DNA from: Chrysomallon squamiferum
Taxonomy: Eukaryota > Animalia > Mollusca
Assembly: GCA_012295275.1 (NCBI GenBank)
Contig: CM022667.1
Span: 496,001-560,000 of the forward strand
Length of the DNA: 64,000 bases
Direction of reading: 5' to 3'
In this document: in pieces, positions 1-41,606 of the stretch
Position numbering within the stretch: the first letter of the stretch is position 1
How the letters are laid out: every line of letters starts with the position of its first letter
Program-made: the position numbers and the translations under genes
The notes under the pieces: model-generated
Seen by the model: only the letters and a program-made list of their open reading frames with translations
What the model was told of the DNA's origin: nothing
Database searches by the model: none

Positions 1-2271
1 CACAGACAGACAGACAGACGAACGACGGGGAAAATCAAATGCAGATCAATTGTTTGCCCTTATCTCTCTGTCAGTCAGCTACATCAGAGACAACGTCCAG
101 CTGTTGCAACATGTTGCCAAAATACTGAGGAAACATCGTCATAGATGACTGTGTGTGTCTCTGTATCTCTGTCGGCCATATTGGTATTGATTAAGCTGGT
201 CTCCTCAAAATTGAGTTCGATGTTTTGAAATTTATTTTCTGTTGTGGATTTTGTGCACGGTGAAACTTGTTTAAAGGGAGATTGGTTTTAATTGTGTTTT
301 TCTTGTTGATTCTCTTTTCTTTACGGTGAAAACAAAAAAGAAAGAGAGGAAATATGGCTCGGATTTCTGTTGGATGTTTTGAAATGACGTAGTCGGTTTG
401 TTTGTTAATTTTATTCCCTAAATGTTTACCGTAAATAATTTTGATAAACAAAATAGCTACTGTGTGAAAAAGGACCCTTGAAGACATTGATATACTTTCA
501 TTTGTAATGGTTGTAGTCAAGATATTGATGAGAAAGTTCATTAAATAAAATAAAAAAATAAAACAATGTTTAAAAACCCAACATGATTTCTGGATGTTTG
601 ATGTGTTTCAAAAAGATTGAATACATTTATTGATTTTTTTAGTGTTTCAAAGTGGTCTTTGGACAATGTAATCTGTGGCAAATAAAACCAAATTTGTCAG
701 TGTTTTGAAAAAACAACACCCAAAACACAACCAAGTCAGTTAAAAATACTGACAACTGTTCAAAACCAATGGATGATAATTAATGTTAAGGAGTAACAGA
801 TGATTGTTTCAGCTGTGTTATGGTAACAGACTATCACTCATTTATATTTTGATGAAATCTGGTTTTAACATTAACAAATATTTCAACTTGTATACTTCTT
901 CTGTTGAACAAACCAGTTTAAATCTTACCCATCTACTGATTTAGATCAGGTTTTTAATGGACATTTTATTTTGAAAAACCATCTGAAAATATATTGCTTT
1001 ACATAAAAAAGAGGCGATATTATGAAAATATACTGGGTTCTATATGAGATTATAAATTAAATACTGGTCAAGCAAATTGTCTGGGGTTTTATGCATTATT
1101 TGAACAGATTGAAATTATGAAAATATATTGCACTGTTTAATAATATTATAAATGGACTGTATGAAGAATAAGAACATTATGAAATTATACTGGATGGAAT
1201 GTCTAAAACAAAAAAGTGTATAATGAAAAGATAAAAAATTAAAAAATTACAAAAATATTCTGAACTGTATTTGAATTATTTTTCTTAAATTTCGAAAAGA
1301 TTTTCCAAATTTATTGAACAGATATTGAAAAAAAAAAAGAAAAAAAGAAAAGGAAACCATTAGAAAAAAGATAAAAGAATTCAAATTATCTTTCCAGAAA
1401 TATTTTCATCTTTTATCCTCTATTCCTCATCTGGAAATCCACCATGTTTTTATTTCCTGCTGGTTTTATAGCAGTCATCTAAAGTATTAGTCATTGTTTG
1501 TGTGTTTTGAATGATTCTAATTAACCACCATTTTGTCAATACAAAACATACCCCTGTCTACCTAGAATATGAACAAACATAGCATATTTTACATATTGAT
1601 TCTCTTTGTATTGAACCTTTGAACAACGTTTTTTTTTGTTTGTTTAAAAATATAAATATTATTCATATTTCTACATTTAGTGATATTTTTGACAACAGGA
1701 GAAAATATTAATATTTCTGTTGCAAGAAGAGATATGAATTTTATTCATTTTTCATTTTCACTGACAGGAAAGCACTAATCATGTTTGTTTTTAATAACAA
1801 AAATGCAAATATTCAGTGTGTAGCTATGTACAACAAGCAATAAGACTGAAACATTGATCATTTTTTTTTTTTGAAATTTCAAATACCGAAACATTAACCA
1901 TTTCTTTGAGTTGACTTATTGATGTCTTCATTTTGAAGCCTGGGAAATTTTCAAAAGATGCAATTACCAAGTACTGTTTGAACATCTATCCCTTTCAAAC
2001 AAACCAACAGAGAAAAGGATTTTTGTTTATAAATCATATTTTTTTTGGATTTATATAATCACCCCAGAGGTCCTAGTGCAAACTGCTGTTTAATCCGAAA
2101 CAGAAACAAACAAAAAAAATAAAAAAAAAAAGAACAAAAACTTAATCACATGAGACATGATTTCATGTTCCTTGTTCTGCGGTTTCGAGAAAAGAAATTT
2201 CTTCTTCATCGTCATGGTACAAGCCTGAACAAACCAAACGGTTGCTTAAATGCAAATCAAAAATTACCTAA

Positions 2272-28968
<26,697 letters not shown>

Positions 28969-31900
28969 GAAAACTTGATAATTTCACAGCTGTGAGAAAA
29001 TTTGATAATTTCACAGCTGTGTAATACAGTGTGTTCTTGTACAAGGAACTCTTCTTGTGAGACAGCTGTGAGAAATCTTGATAATTTCACAGATGTGTAA
29101 TACAGTGTGTTCTTGTACAAGGAACTCTTCTTGTGAGACAGCTGTGAGAAATCTTGATATTTTCACAGCTGTGTAAAAGTGTGTTCTTGTACAAGTAATT
29201 CTTCTTGTGAGAAAACTTGATAATTTCACAGCTGTGTAATACAGCCTGTTCTTTATACAAGTAACTCTTCTTGTGAGACACAGCTGTGAGAAATCTTGAT
29301 AATTTCACAGCTGTGTAATACAGCATGTTCTTTATACAAGTAACTCTTCTTGTGAGACACAGCTGTGAGAAATCTTGATAATTTCACAGCTGTGTAATAC
29401 AGCATGTTCTTTACAAGTAACTCTTCTTGTGAGATGAGAAATCTTGATAATTTCACAGCTGTGTAATACAGCCTGTTCTTTATACAAGTAACTCTTCTTG
29501 TGAGACACAGCTGTGAGAAAACTTGATATTTTCACAGCTGTGTAAGTGTGTTCTTGTACAACTTCTTGTGAGACAGCTGTGAAACAACTTGATATTTTCA
29601 CAGCTGAGTAATACAGCATGTTCTTGTACAAGTAACTCTTCTTGTGAGACGCAGCTGTGAGAAATCTTGATATTTTCGCAGATGTGTAATACAGCATGTT
29701 CTTGTACAAGTAACTCTTCTTGTGAAACACAGCTGTGAGAAAACTTGATAATTTCACAGCTGGATAACAGCACGTTCTTGTACAAGTAATGTCTTGAGTT
29801 GTATATTTTTCAAGCATCAAATAATAATAATAATAATAATAGTATCACACATACACACAAATAATATATATATATTATTACACTCTTCTAACACTGGAAC
29901 TAGTCAGAAACATAAATACTGTACAGATAAATATTTAATATTTTAACTAACTTTGACTTTCTTTTGGTTGAAAACAGTCATGAAATATTCAAATACAAAT
30001 ACAAATAGAGATAATAACAATAAATAAATCAAAATATATATAAAATGTTTTTAAATAATTTTATATAATAATAATAATAATAATAATAAATAACAAATAC
30101 AAAAAGAAATAAATGAAAAAAGGAATAAGCATTAGGTGTAATAGGTACTGAGTCAGTACCACAGTACAGCCTTCTACATATATCTGTCAGATTCACACAC
30201 ACAGACAGACAGACAGACACACACACACCTTCTAACACACTAACAATGTATGAGACCAAAAGTCTCTCTTCAAAACAACTTTCTAATGAACTGACACTGA
30301 ATTGAACCGACAAAAATGATTCCTTGATTCTCTGTCTGACTTGAATATTCATAATCTTTGACTGTAAGACAAATATGAAATAAGACAATGTATGTATGTA
30401 TACTGTGACTCATGAAAGAAAAGAAATAATTAAAATAAAATGTTTGAAATCATTAGTTGTTTTCTTTTTATTTTCTTTCATTTTTTTTTTTTTAATGTTT
30501 AACTGTAAGACAATTCTTTGTTTTTCAGTTATCATTTTCTTGTTTAGGATGACACACTACTGCTCTTAACACAGTTTGACAGTAAAATTATATGGTTACA
30601 AAAACAAATGAATGCAACAATTTCACCAAACTGGAGTTGTGACATATCTGTGTACTGTGTGGATTGAAAGGTGTGGCATTTATTTTTGTTTATTTATTTA
30701 TTTTTGACATCTCTTGAAGAAAATTTGGACTAAATTGATCTGTGAAGTATATGATGACATCACCTTTGCATAAAATGGCAGCATCCAGATATTTTAAAAT
30801 TGTGATCTTTTTGTTTCATACTTTATTATTAATTAAGACTGGATAATAAAAACTAACTAAATAAAATAAAACAACAAATCAATAATACATATATATAATA
30901 AATAATATAATTAAATATTTTTTTTTTAAATCTTAACTTTTAAGTATGAAAAATATATTTACCATTTATTCTCAAAACTAAAAAAGGAACAATATAGGCT
31001 AAAGCTAATGGTAAAAAAAAAAAAAAAGATTTTAATTTCTAACCTGAGAAGGACTGAACTTATATCCTGTTGCATTTCCAAAGCTATACTGCTCTTACTA
31101 TTAATTAAGCTTCTGGACATTGCCAGTGTTGATTTTCAAAAGTCATCATCATAAAACAAACAAGAAAAACAGCCTAAAATTGATAAAACAGTTTATCACG
31201 TAAAGAACAGTTTGAAAGCAATAACAGCATGTGGTAGATTATGAGTTAAAATACATACAAGAAGGTGAATGGGGCAGGAGGAAGGATTTTTTTTTTTTTT
31301 TTCTATTTTTTTTATTTTTTTTTTTTTTTTTTGGTAAAAATACCTTCCAAATAAACATTATTACTTGTACTAAAATACTGGTAAACAAAAGATAATTTCC
31401 TCATCACAAAATACTGATGATAATGTCATACAAATATATACATATATAAATCATATATAAAACATTAAAATCCATTGCTCAGGTATCTGTTACTAGCATG
31501 TATTACACATGCTACTAATAATAATATATTTATTGAAATACATTCTTTGTAATTTAGCTCTAGATGACAATTCATTTTTTTTTTTTTTAATTCTGTAAAC
31601 CACTGTAAAATGTCATGAATATCAAATATATTTTTAAAAAATCCATAATTAATTTACATGAAATATACACAATTTAAAAAAGAAGCATTGAAAAGAATAA
31701 TTTTTTTTTTTTTTTAAAACAAATCAACTATTAAGTGAAATTCAATTAACCAAACGAATATTAATTTTTAACTTCAATGTACAAAGAACATTTACAAAAA
31801 ATTCACATTAAACAAAACTTCACTAATAAAATGTAGCCTACACATGCATCTTTGATGTAATTTTCAATTGTTATTCATGTAACAGATTTTTAAAATTCAA

Positions 31901-33059
31901 ATACCACTTGAAATATAACAGTAATGCTCATACAAAATGCATCTTATTTATATAACTATGATATCTGATTTGCAAGCAGATAATTAAAATATATAACCCT
32001 CTTAAATTTACATTATTAAAATTTAATTAGCAATATATGTATATAATTAATTAACCATTTAAATTTGAAGGTATTTTAATGTCTTTCTATTCTTATGTTA
32101 TTATTAAACTTTATGATAGCAATATATGTATAACAGCTTAGCCTATTTTTGCTAGCAGTGTATCTATAAATTAATTAACACCTTAATGAATGTGAATCAT
32201 TAAAACCCCCTTTAATTTTATCTTATTAAACTTTATCTAATTAATACTGGTATACTTAATACCTATGCAGATTATTAAAACATACAATTCTCTTGATTTT
32301 ATGTGTATGATAAATGTATAATAAACAGATTATACTAAAGTATATTTTTGTATATACATATACGAGAAAATGTGGTTATGACTTTTCATATATATGGATT
32401 ATTGATATATTGTTTGAGGAGGGAGATTAAAAACAAAACAAAAATAATTGCAATTATTAACCATGGTTTTGATTGTTGCATATATGACCCAGTCTTTTCA
32501 GATTTTTAATTTGGTTTACACAATCAAAAAAACAAATGTATACCTATTTTGTTAAATATACATTTTTTTTTTTTAATGGAACTAACTACTGTTAGCAAAT
32601 GGGACAAACCAAATATACAGTACGTAACTTTGGGACATGTATTTATTTATTTACAGTCATTAAATGTATCAGAATTTGGTTTTTTTGGTTACAAAAATAT
32701 AAATAAATTTAAATACAAATTAGAATAATAAAAAATAAAATAAATAAATTTAAAAAATTAAAAAAGGAAACGTTTAAAAAAAAAAAAATTAAAAAAGGAA
32801 AGAAAGGTAAGAAGAAACAATAATTATAATAATAATAATAATAATAACAAACAATTAATAAAATTTAAAAATTATGAAAATGTCTTACCATAACATATAA
32901 CAAAAGAAAGAAAACATGTGATTGTATGTATACATGCCAAGCTATACATATACATATACATATATAAAAATTAAGTATCAATCTGTAAGTATTATTAACA
33001 CATATACATATAAATTTCATTGTGGTTGCTATATAAATACAGTAACAGTCTTTTAAAGT

Positions 33060-33400
33060 AACCAGATTAATTCAGAAGTGTAACCATAATGAAGTATGTC
33101 ATTCAAAGTGTGACCATTGCGAATTATCTAATTCAAAAATGTAACCATAATGAATTATGTAATTCTAAACTAAACATAACGAATTTTTTAATTTAAAAGT
33201 ATAACCATAATGATTTACATAATTCAAAAGTGTAACTGTAAAGAATTATGTAATTCAAAAACATTATCATAATGAATTATTTAATTCAAAAAAGTGTAAC
33301 CATAATGAATTATCCAATTCAAACAAGCAACCATAATCAGTTGTGTTAATTCAGAGATGTAAACATAATGAATGAGAAGTATGAATTATGTAAAACTAAA
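33060..33400. repeat. Degenerate tandem repeat of about 30 bp
   Basis: GTAACCATAATGAATTATGTAATTCAAAA-like units. Confidence 0.75.
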
Positions 33401-34789
33401 ATGAAACTTACTTACTATAATAAAATACATTTAATGATCAATTTTTGGCAGTAGGGTTAATGAATATCTATTTCCCAATTAAAGATGATACACAACTGAG
33501 TAAAATGTGGTTGTTATGGTAAAAAGTTAATTACAATGTCAGGTAACTTTTGAAAGGTAATGAAACGGTATAAAAAAAAGTTTAAAAAAATATAAATAAA
33601 TAAATAAATAAATAAATTAAATTAGTTTTATTAGTAATGAAAAATATAAATCTCTGAGTCATGTTTTTTATTTTTGGTTGTTATCATTTGTTATTAAATT
33701 TTTTATAAAACTGAAATGAAAAATTTTGTATTAGAAGATAAAGACTGGAGTACATTTAAGAAATCAAATATTTCAAGAAAAAAAAAAAAAAAAAAAATTA
33801 AAAAGGCAAATAGCAGTCTTCAGTATAGTTCAAAATTAATTTTAAAACTTTAGCGATTAACAAAATGCTCTTAATTACATTTTTAAAGAAGTAAACAAAA
33901 ATTAAGAATCTGTTTTATTACATTTTAATAAAAATGAACATAAGCACCTTTTAATATAAAAGGCATTATGTCAAGGTAATATTTTATGCATTTCTGAATA
34001 GCATATATGACTACTATTGTATCAAGTTAACATATAAATTTAATGAGAAACTATTTAAAAAATGTATACTTATTCATGAAATAAACTTTTTATTTAATTT
34101 ACTGCTATATCCTTTATGTTTATATTTAGTGCACTTTAGCAGACTTAAAATTTGTTCTTGTTTGAAATGTTGTTAATATAAGTCACAATATATTAGGTTG
34201 TACATTTTAAAAAAAAAGTACTAATAAAGTTAATGTGAGAGAAAAAATTATTATTTCTTTTCAAGTAATTTAACAAATAAAAACAAATAAAAAGAAACTA
34301 ATTTCGAAGAAATGGAATATAATAAAATAAATAATTTTATTATATATAATAATAATAAACTACATATATCTGAAAACTAACAAAATTAAATTAAATTATT
34401 AGAACAAAACTCAAAATTATGTTGCCAACATATCACAAATTCTAAAAAAAAAAAAAAAAAAAAAAGAAGAAAATTATTTTCTAAAATTCCTACAAAGTCT
34501 ATCCACTCATTGTTTTGCATTTTTAATTGTTCATTTATCCACAGACTAGAATAATGGTATCAGAAACGTTTTGATTAAACTTACAATCATATTTTTCATA
34601 TAATGTATGACAGAAACATGATTGTCACAAAACAGGTACATACCAACACATCAACACACAAGCATGCATTATTATGGCGAAACACACCTGATTATTTCTC
34701 AACACAGAACTTTTCAGGAATGGCCTGACTTTCATGAAGCTATTATTCCATCAAATAATATTTACCTGAAAGCACAAATTTTCACACAC

Positions 34790-35579
34790 CAGTTGTTACA
34801 GTTTCACATACTGAAAATACGTAACATTGAAATGAAAATGAAACAATTCTGAACTATTACAGAGTGGTTACACTTTCAAACACTGAAAAAATAACATTGA
34901 AACAAAAATGAAACAGTTTGAACTATAAAAAAAAAAAAAAATGGTCCTGTTTCATATAATTGTCGTACAAGAAATATTTAACATTTAATTCAAAATGAAA
35001 TGTTATGAATAAGGTACCTTTTTGTACAATGTTATTTACAGTATTAGGAAAGTGTTACAGTTTCATACACTGAATGTGTAACACTGAAATGGAAATGAAA
35101 CAGATGTGAACTATAACAAAGTGTTACAATTTCATTCATTTTTGTATTCAGTCTCAGTAATCAAATTTACATTTAAATGTGAACAATAACAAAGTGATAG
35201 TTACATAAAATGTCAAGAACTGAACACATAATAAGCAATGTAACAATTGTGAACTTAACAAAGTAGAACGGTTTCAGTCACTATTATTGAGAGCATCAGG
35301 AAATGAAACACAATTGTGAACTACAATAAAACTATCATTTCATACACTGTTATACTTAATGTAAAGAAATATCTAATACCTAACTGAAAATGAAACAGTG
35401 TCAACTATAACAAGTAATTTTACAAAATAACAAGGAATTCACATATAAAAATTAATGAAACGGATGTGAACTATACGAAATTGTTTTTTTCAGAGTATGA
35501 AGAACCATATGTATAAGAATTAATGAAATGTAATTGTGAATTACAATTACTGTTTCATAGAATATCAAGAATTTGACCC

Positions 35580-35610
<31 letters not shown>

Positions 35611-35710
35611 AACATAATTGTGAACTGTAAGTACTGTTCAATAAAATATCAAGACTAAAGGATTTTCATAGGCAGTTCAGGTCAATGATAATGAATACTG
35701 TGAACAGTTT
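34790..35710. repeat. Degenerate tandem repeat (about 60-90 bp)
   Basis: Recurrent AATGAAACA..GTGAACTA..GTTACAGTTTCATA motifs. Confidence 0.6.
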
Positions 35711-36464
35711 ACAGTTTATAAAATCTTTATTTATTAACAAGGATAACTGTGAAATGAGTGTCTGTGATCAATTTTTTAAAGTCAAATGCAGAATAATCAT
35801 TCATTGTTTTATTAAATTAAAAAAAAAAAAACATTTCACAAATAATTCACAATTATAAAAGTATTTAAATTTTAAAATTCTTTATCTATAAAGTAATTAA
35901 ATTTTTATCTAAATGCGATGTATTTTAATGTATATCATAAAAAAAAAAATTATCAAGAAAAAATATGTATCAAAAAGATTAATATTTAAGTGAAATATTA
36001 TTTCAAACAGTTCAAATTGAAATTAAAAAGTAAAATATGCTTTATCAAATATTCATCTCTAAATCAATCAGAGAATGTTGTAAAAATTTTATAAAAACTG
36101 AAATCTCTAAAACTGAAATCTAAATGCTGTTAAATATACATATTTTTTTTTTTATTAACTTTCAATATAATAAACTTTTAGAAATCCTTAATTGTTTCCA
36201 GTGAAAAATCTGATATATATGAAGTTTTTAATGTACAATATTATTTTATATTAACTTTTGTGAAAAAACAACAATATATATATATATAGAGATATCTTGG
36301 CTAAATATTACATTTATCCAGATAAATGATTTATTCCATTATAGATCCAAGTATAAAGTTCAATATGAATTCCAAAAAACAAAAAGTAAAATACAAAAAA
36401 CACAACAAAACAACAAAAAAATACCCCCACTGAAATGTGTCTGAGTAAGTTGTAGACTTTAATT

Positions 36465-36735
36465 AACAATGTTGATGATGTCCAGTTCTGTTGTGTTAGG
36501 ATAATGTGATAATGTTCAGAATATTTTTATTCACATAATTGTAATGTCAGTTCTGCCATATTTAGATACTGATGAAGTCCAGAATTTTTGTTTAGATATT
36601 GATGATGTCTTGTTTTTTTATTTAGATATTGATAATGTCCAGAATTTTTGTTTAGATATTGATAATGTCCATTAGTTGATGATATCAAGATACTGATGAA
36701 ACGAGTACTAAAGGTAAGTGTAAATGTTGATGATC
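36465..36735. repeat. Tandem repeat of about 30 bp just downstream of the PLCG stop
   Basis: TTAGATATTGAT(G/A)ATGTCCAGAATTTTTG units. Confidence 0.75.
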
Positions 36736-36828
36736 TTCAATACCAGTGTATCAGAGAACAACAAGTGTCAACATTTGTGTGTTGACAGTATCACAGGCAG
36801 TCAGTTCTCTCTCTCTCACGCGGACAGG

Positions 36829-36986
36829 TCAGTTGTTTGACTGGCGGCGGTAGACAATCTGTTGTCTAGGGACATTTCTGAAGTAAAAAGCAAATAATAA
36901 CAAAATAATAGCTGAACAAACAGATTTTGTAAACAGTACTTACAAGAAATCCTCAAGTTGGGTTCAAATGATATTTGTTAACATGA

Positions 36987-37031
<45 letters not shown>

Positions 37032-37760
37032 TTTTAAATGTAGTCACTGAAAAAGCAGAAAAAGATTGACTGGAAACAGATCATAATCAACTGTACAAAA
37101 ATGAAACTTTCAGTGTTAAAAACAATTTAAAATATCTGTTTAAAACAGATTTTTTTTATTATTTATCATTTGTCAACCATGTTTTTTTTTTTGAAAATAA
37201 ATGACCATCACCCCACTATCATTAAATCCAATAGAAGAATGGAATAATTTTATTTATATATATGTATATACACCTTTCTAAACATAACTTTTGTACTCAA
37301 GTACTCAAACACTTGCAGGAACAAGAAGATACATTTCAACATTGTCATCTAAATTACAAAATAATTCCATCATCTATAATATACCACCCACAAGCTGTAA
37401 CCAGTCTGCTACAACATTTGGTTACAAAATACATAGATAAATATATTTATATTATTTACTGTTACCATAGTAACCAAGCTACTTACTTTCTGCTGCTTCT
37501 CTCCTTTGTGTTTGGCGAGCAGCATCTCCTGAACCTCTTCCAGGCGAAGACGTTGCATGGTGGCAGTTTCGCGGTCACCGCACTGTTCCAGTTCACTGAT
37601 TTGTGCAGCCAGCATGTCCGACTGGTCTCTCAGTTCTTGGATGGAAGCGTAGATATCACACTCTTCTCCTTCCTGTCATCAGTTACATAGTAAATATAAA
37701 AAAATAAAATAAAAATAAAATAAAAATAAATAATAAATAATAATAATAATAATAATGAAT

Positions 37761-37791
<31 letters not shown>

Positions 37792-37990
37792 TGAAATTAA
37801 AAATAATAATAATAATAATAATAAAAAAACAATAAAAAATAATAAAAATAAAAACATAAAAATAAATAAAATATAAAGAGAAAGATAAGTAAATGTTGAT
37901 AATTATTAATGTGGATTTTGTATAAGAAGACAGGTTGGTATGTAGGCATAAAAATAGAAACAGAAATAGAAATAGATACAGATAGATAAA

Positions 37991-38054
<64 letters not shown>

Positions 38055-38735
38055 ATGAGATTTCTAGATCAGTAAAAGATATAGGGCAAGATAGAGACAA
38101 CTGATAAGAAAGTAGATAGGAAAAAAAGACAGATAGGTAGATACAGATCAGAGATATAAACACAAACAGACAGATAAAAACAAATAAAAAAGGAACAGAT
38201 GCAGACAAACAAATAAATAAATAAGGAACTGACCTTTGGATTGCTGACAGATTTATAAGTAGATAAATTATTCTTAAACAGAGAGATAGATACAGATGCA
38301 GACAGATAGACAAATAAGTATTAAATAAGGAACTGACCTTTGGATTGGTGATGTCAAGAAATATCAGTAGAGAGGCGAGCTCCAAATCTTCGCTGTAACC
38401 ATTCTTCAGTGGCACACTTCTGTAACCTGCAGTGTGTTAATAATTACAATTCACTATTATAATTACTGTTACTAATATACCTTAGTACAGTCACAACAAT
38501 CTGCTAAAAATATGTGTTCTGGTCTATCAAGACACTGATTTCCCCTACATCATTTGTTTAATACAGAGATTAAAAAAGCTGAAGATAATCACAGGGAATA
38601 AATTCTTTGAAAACCTATAACATTGCTATATAATTTTCTCTTATAACAGACTGACTGAACATAATGTTAAAAGACTAACACTATTTTATTTTATTTTTTT
38701 TAGAGGAATTAAGGCTTGAGAATATACTTTTCATG

Positions 38736-38772
<37 letters not shown>

Positions 38773-39607
38773 GTATATAATATAAACACACTATACTAAA
38801 TTATAACAGAATTTTCAAAATGGCAATGACCATCTTGTATTTATATAATAAATCTGCTTGAACATTACTAGCAACCTTTTTGTTTCTAAATCAAAACTTC
38901 CAGCAGACAAGAACATTTTTTTACACAAATGACAATGCCATTGTTGGTAGTAAACAGATTAGCATCATTACCTGGTCTCAGGCTCTTAACAGAAAATGTT
39001 GCATGTCCAAGAAAGTTCGGATCACCAAAAATATCCTCATCCATGACTGCGAAGCGAATAAGGGCCAGATCTGGACACAGCACATCAAACACACAGCAGT
39101 CATTCCACACTGGGTTCAAGCCATTGTCTACTTTGGTTCCTGTTTTGAATTTCTGATTGTCACACTCCATTCCTGTGATTTCTATCTCAACAAATGGGCT
39201 GGCGATGCCCCGACCTGACTTCACAACGTGTCGAGCACCAATAATCTTTATAAACAGCAATAATAATAATGATAATGATGATAATAACAGTAATGATGAT
39301 AATAATGATAATAATAACAATAATAATGATAATGATAATGATGATAATGATAATGATAATGATAATGATAATTGATAATAATAAGTAACAACAACAGTAA
39401 TAATAAAAATAAAAAAACGGTAATAATAACAATAGGAATAAAAAAAAAACAAAAAAATGCAACAACAATCACAGTAGAATATAACGATGATGATGATGGT
39501 GATGACAACAATAATAATAACAGTAACAGGAACAATAATAAAAACAGTAACAGTAACACTAATAATAATTTTAAAAATGACAACTAAATATACACAACAC
39601 ACTACAT

Positions 39608-39642
<35 letters not shown>

Positions 39643-41526
39643 TATGATCATTCAATGGTTAAGAAAATAAAAGTAATTTTATATATAATTTACACATATT
39701 TTTAAAATAAGCACTGACTGTGATTTGGAAAATGTAGTCCTTGTCTTTAACACAAATGATTAAATTCGGTGAGCAGAATGCAGATTTCTGTGATAACACT
39801 GATTTAACATACAAATGAATGAATAAATCATTTAGCTGAAAGCTAATACTGTTGAAATTATCTAATTCTTCTCCAGAAAGTATTTAACAATTTAGTTTTA
39901 AAAAATGCCATATCCTTTAAAAAAGAAGATTGTGTATTTATTAGACTTACATTAATAGTGAGGGTGACTGGATCAACTCCTATCTGTGTGAGAAATTTCT
40001 TCTCGTATGGATTAAACAGATCAGAATCCATCAAATCTGGCTTCAGCACAAAACCACATCTGAAAAAAAAAAAAAAAAAAATTTAATTGTCGAAAATGCA
40101 ACTCAAGTATACCAATGGTGGTATGAACAGTCTATTTAGTAGACTGCCAAGTGATTAGTGATTTGTAATTTTGCATATTTCTAAAAGGTTGTTCTGTTTT
40201 ACTGATGATTTTGCTCATTCTAAGCAATTATTAGTGATTTTGAATACTTCCAAGTGACTGTTTTATTTTACTGTAACATACTTCAAAGCAATCATTTCAT
40301 TTTACTCATGAATTTTGCACATTTCCAAGTGATGAAAGTCTTACTGGTGATTCTGCATCATTACAACTGACATTTTTAAACTAATGATTTTGTTTATTTC
40401 TCCAGTGAAAAATTTACATTACTGCTGATTCTATCTACATTTTCCTGGTGATTTTGCTCACCAGCCCCCAACAGATATTTTATTAATGATTTTGCACATA
40501 ATAAAATTATCATTTTATTTCACTGGTGATTTTGCATGCCTGTTGCTAAACAATGTAAAACATCAAAATTTCATGCCTTCACTACTATAAATTGTCCTGT
40601 TCATATTTTGCAGTTTTTTTTGTGTTTTTTAAAATAAATACATTACGTGCCTTATTTCAAGTATATAAGAACAAATGCTGAATATTAATATAAATTATCA
40701 CTCTCCCAATTCGACTAACCTTCCATTCATCAGAAATCGGCCCTGGTACAGCTGCATGGGTCTGTCTGGAGTCTGGTAGTTCATAGCCAGCAGCTGTGAC
40801 CCACAGTTCCATATGGGCACTGGGTCGTAGTTGGAGGAATCCACACGGGGACCTTTTGGGTAAACACGACTCAACTGTTTTCTGTGGTATGTGAGTTTCG
40901 TTAAGGAAAATAAACTAATTAATAATAATAATAAATATATATATATATATATATAAATAATAAAAAATTGAATTAAATTAAATAGATAAAAATTAACAAC
41001 AAATGACTTTTTTTTCTTTTAATTAGAAAAATAAAAGTAAATAAAATCAAGTGTCTGAAATTCAAAACAAATGTATTTTGTATCCTTTATTGTATATCCA
41101 CAAATTACATCAGTGATCAAAATTTCAAATACATATTTTATGTTAATTATATCAATTAATGAATTTATTCAAAATTAAATAAGGATAAAATATACCACAT
41201 AACTGATATTAGATATTTCAAATATCTGATGTACCATACTGATAAAAACTATTTTGATGCTACCATATAATACAACTATATGTAATGTAAAATATATATT
41301 AATGAAACCAGTAGTCAGTATAAATATAGTTTTTAATTTAAAAAAGGATATTGTACAAAGAATTTAGCTTTAGACTTGTTCACCCATTTTTCAACTTTGG
41401 TTTCAGGGAAAGAAGACATTTCATAGTAAGATCCAGGTAGTTCTGAAGAAAGAAAAAATTAATATATATTGAAATTTAAATGTTTTCTTTTTCATAAGTA
41501 ATTTAGTTTATACATGTATAGGTGTG

Positions 41527-41606
<80 letters not shown>

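Noticed and set aside
191-541. 116-aa minus-strand ORF
   Set aside because: AT-rich, no recognisable motif and no supporting exon structure.
41080-41088. AAAGGATAC on the sense strand, complementary to the U12 5' splice site within the same intron
   Set aside because: An 8-bp AT-rich match in 460 nt is plausible by chance, and there is no extended stem.
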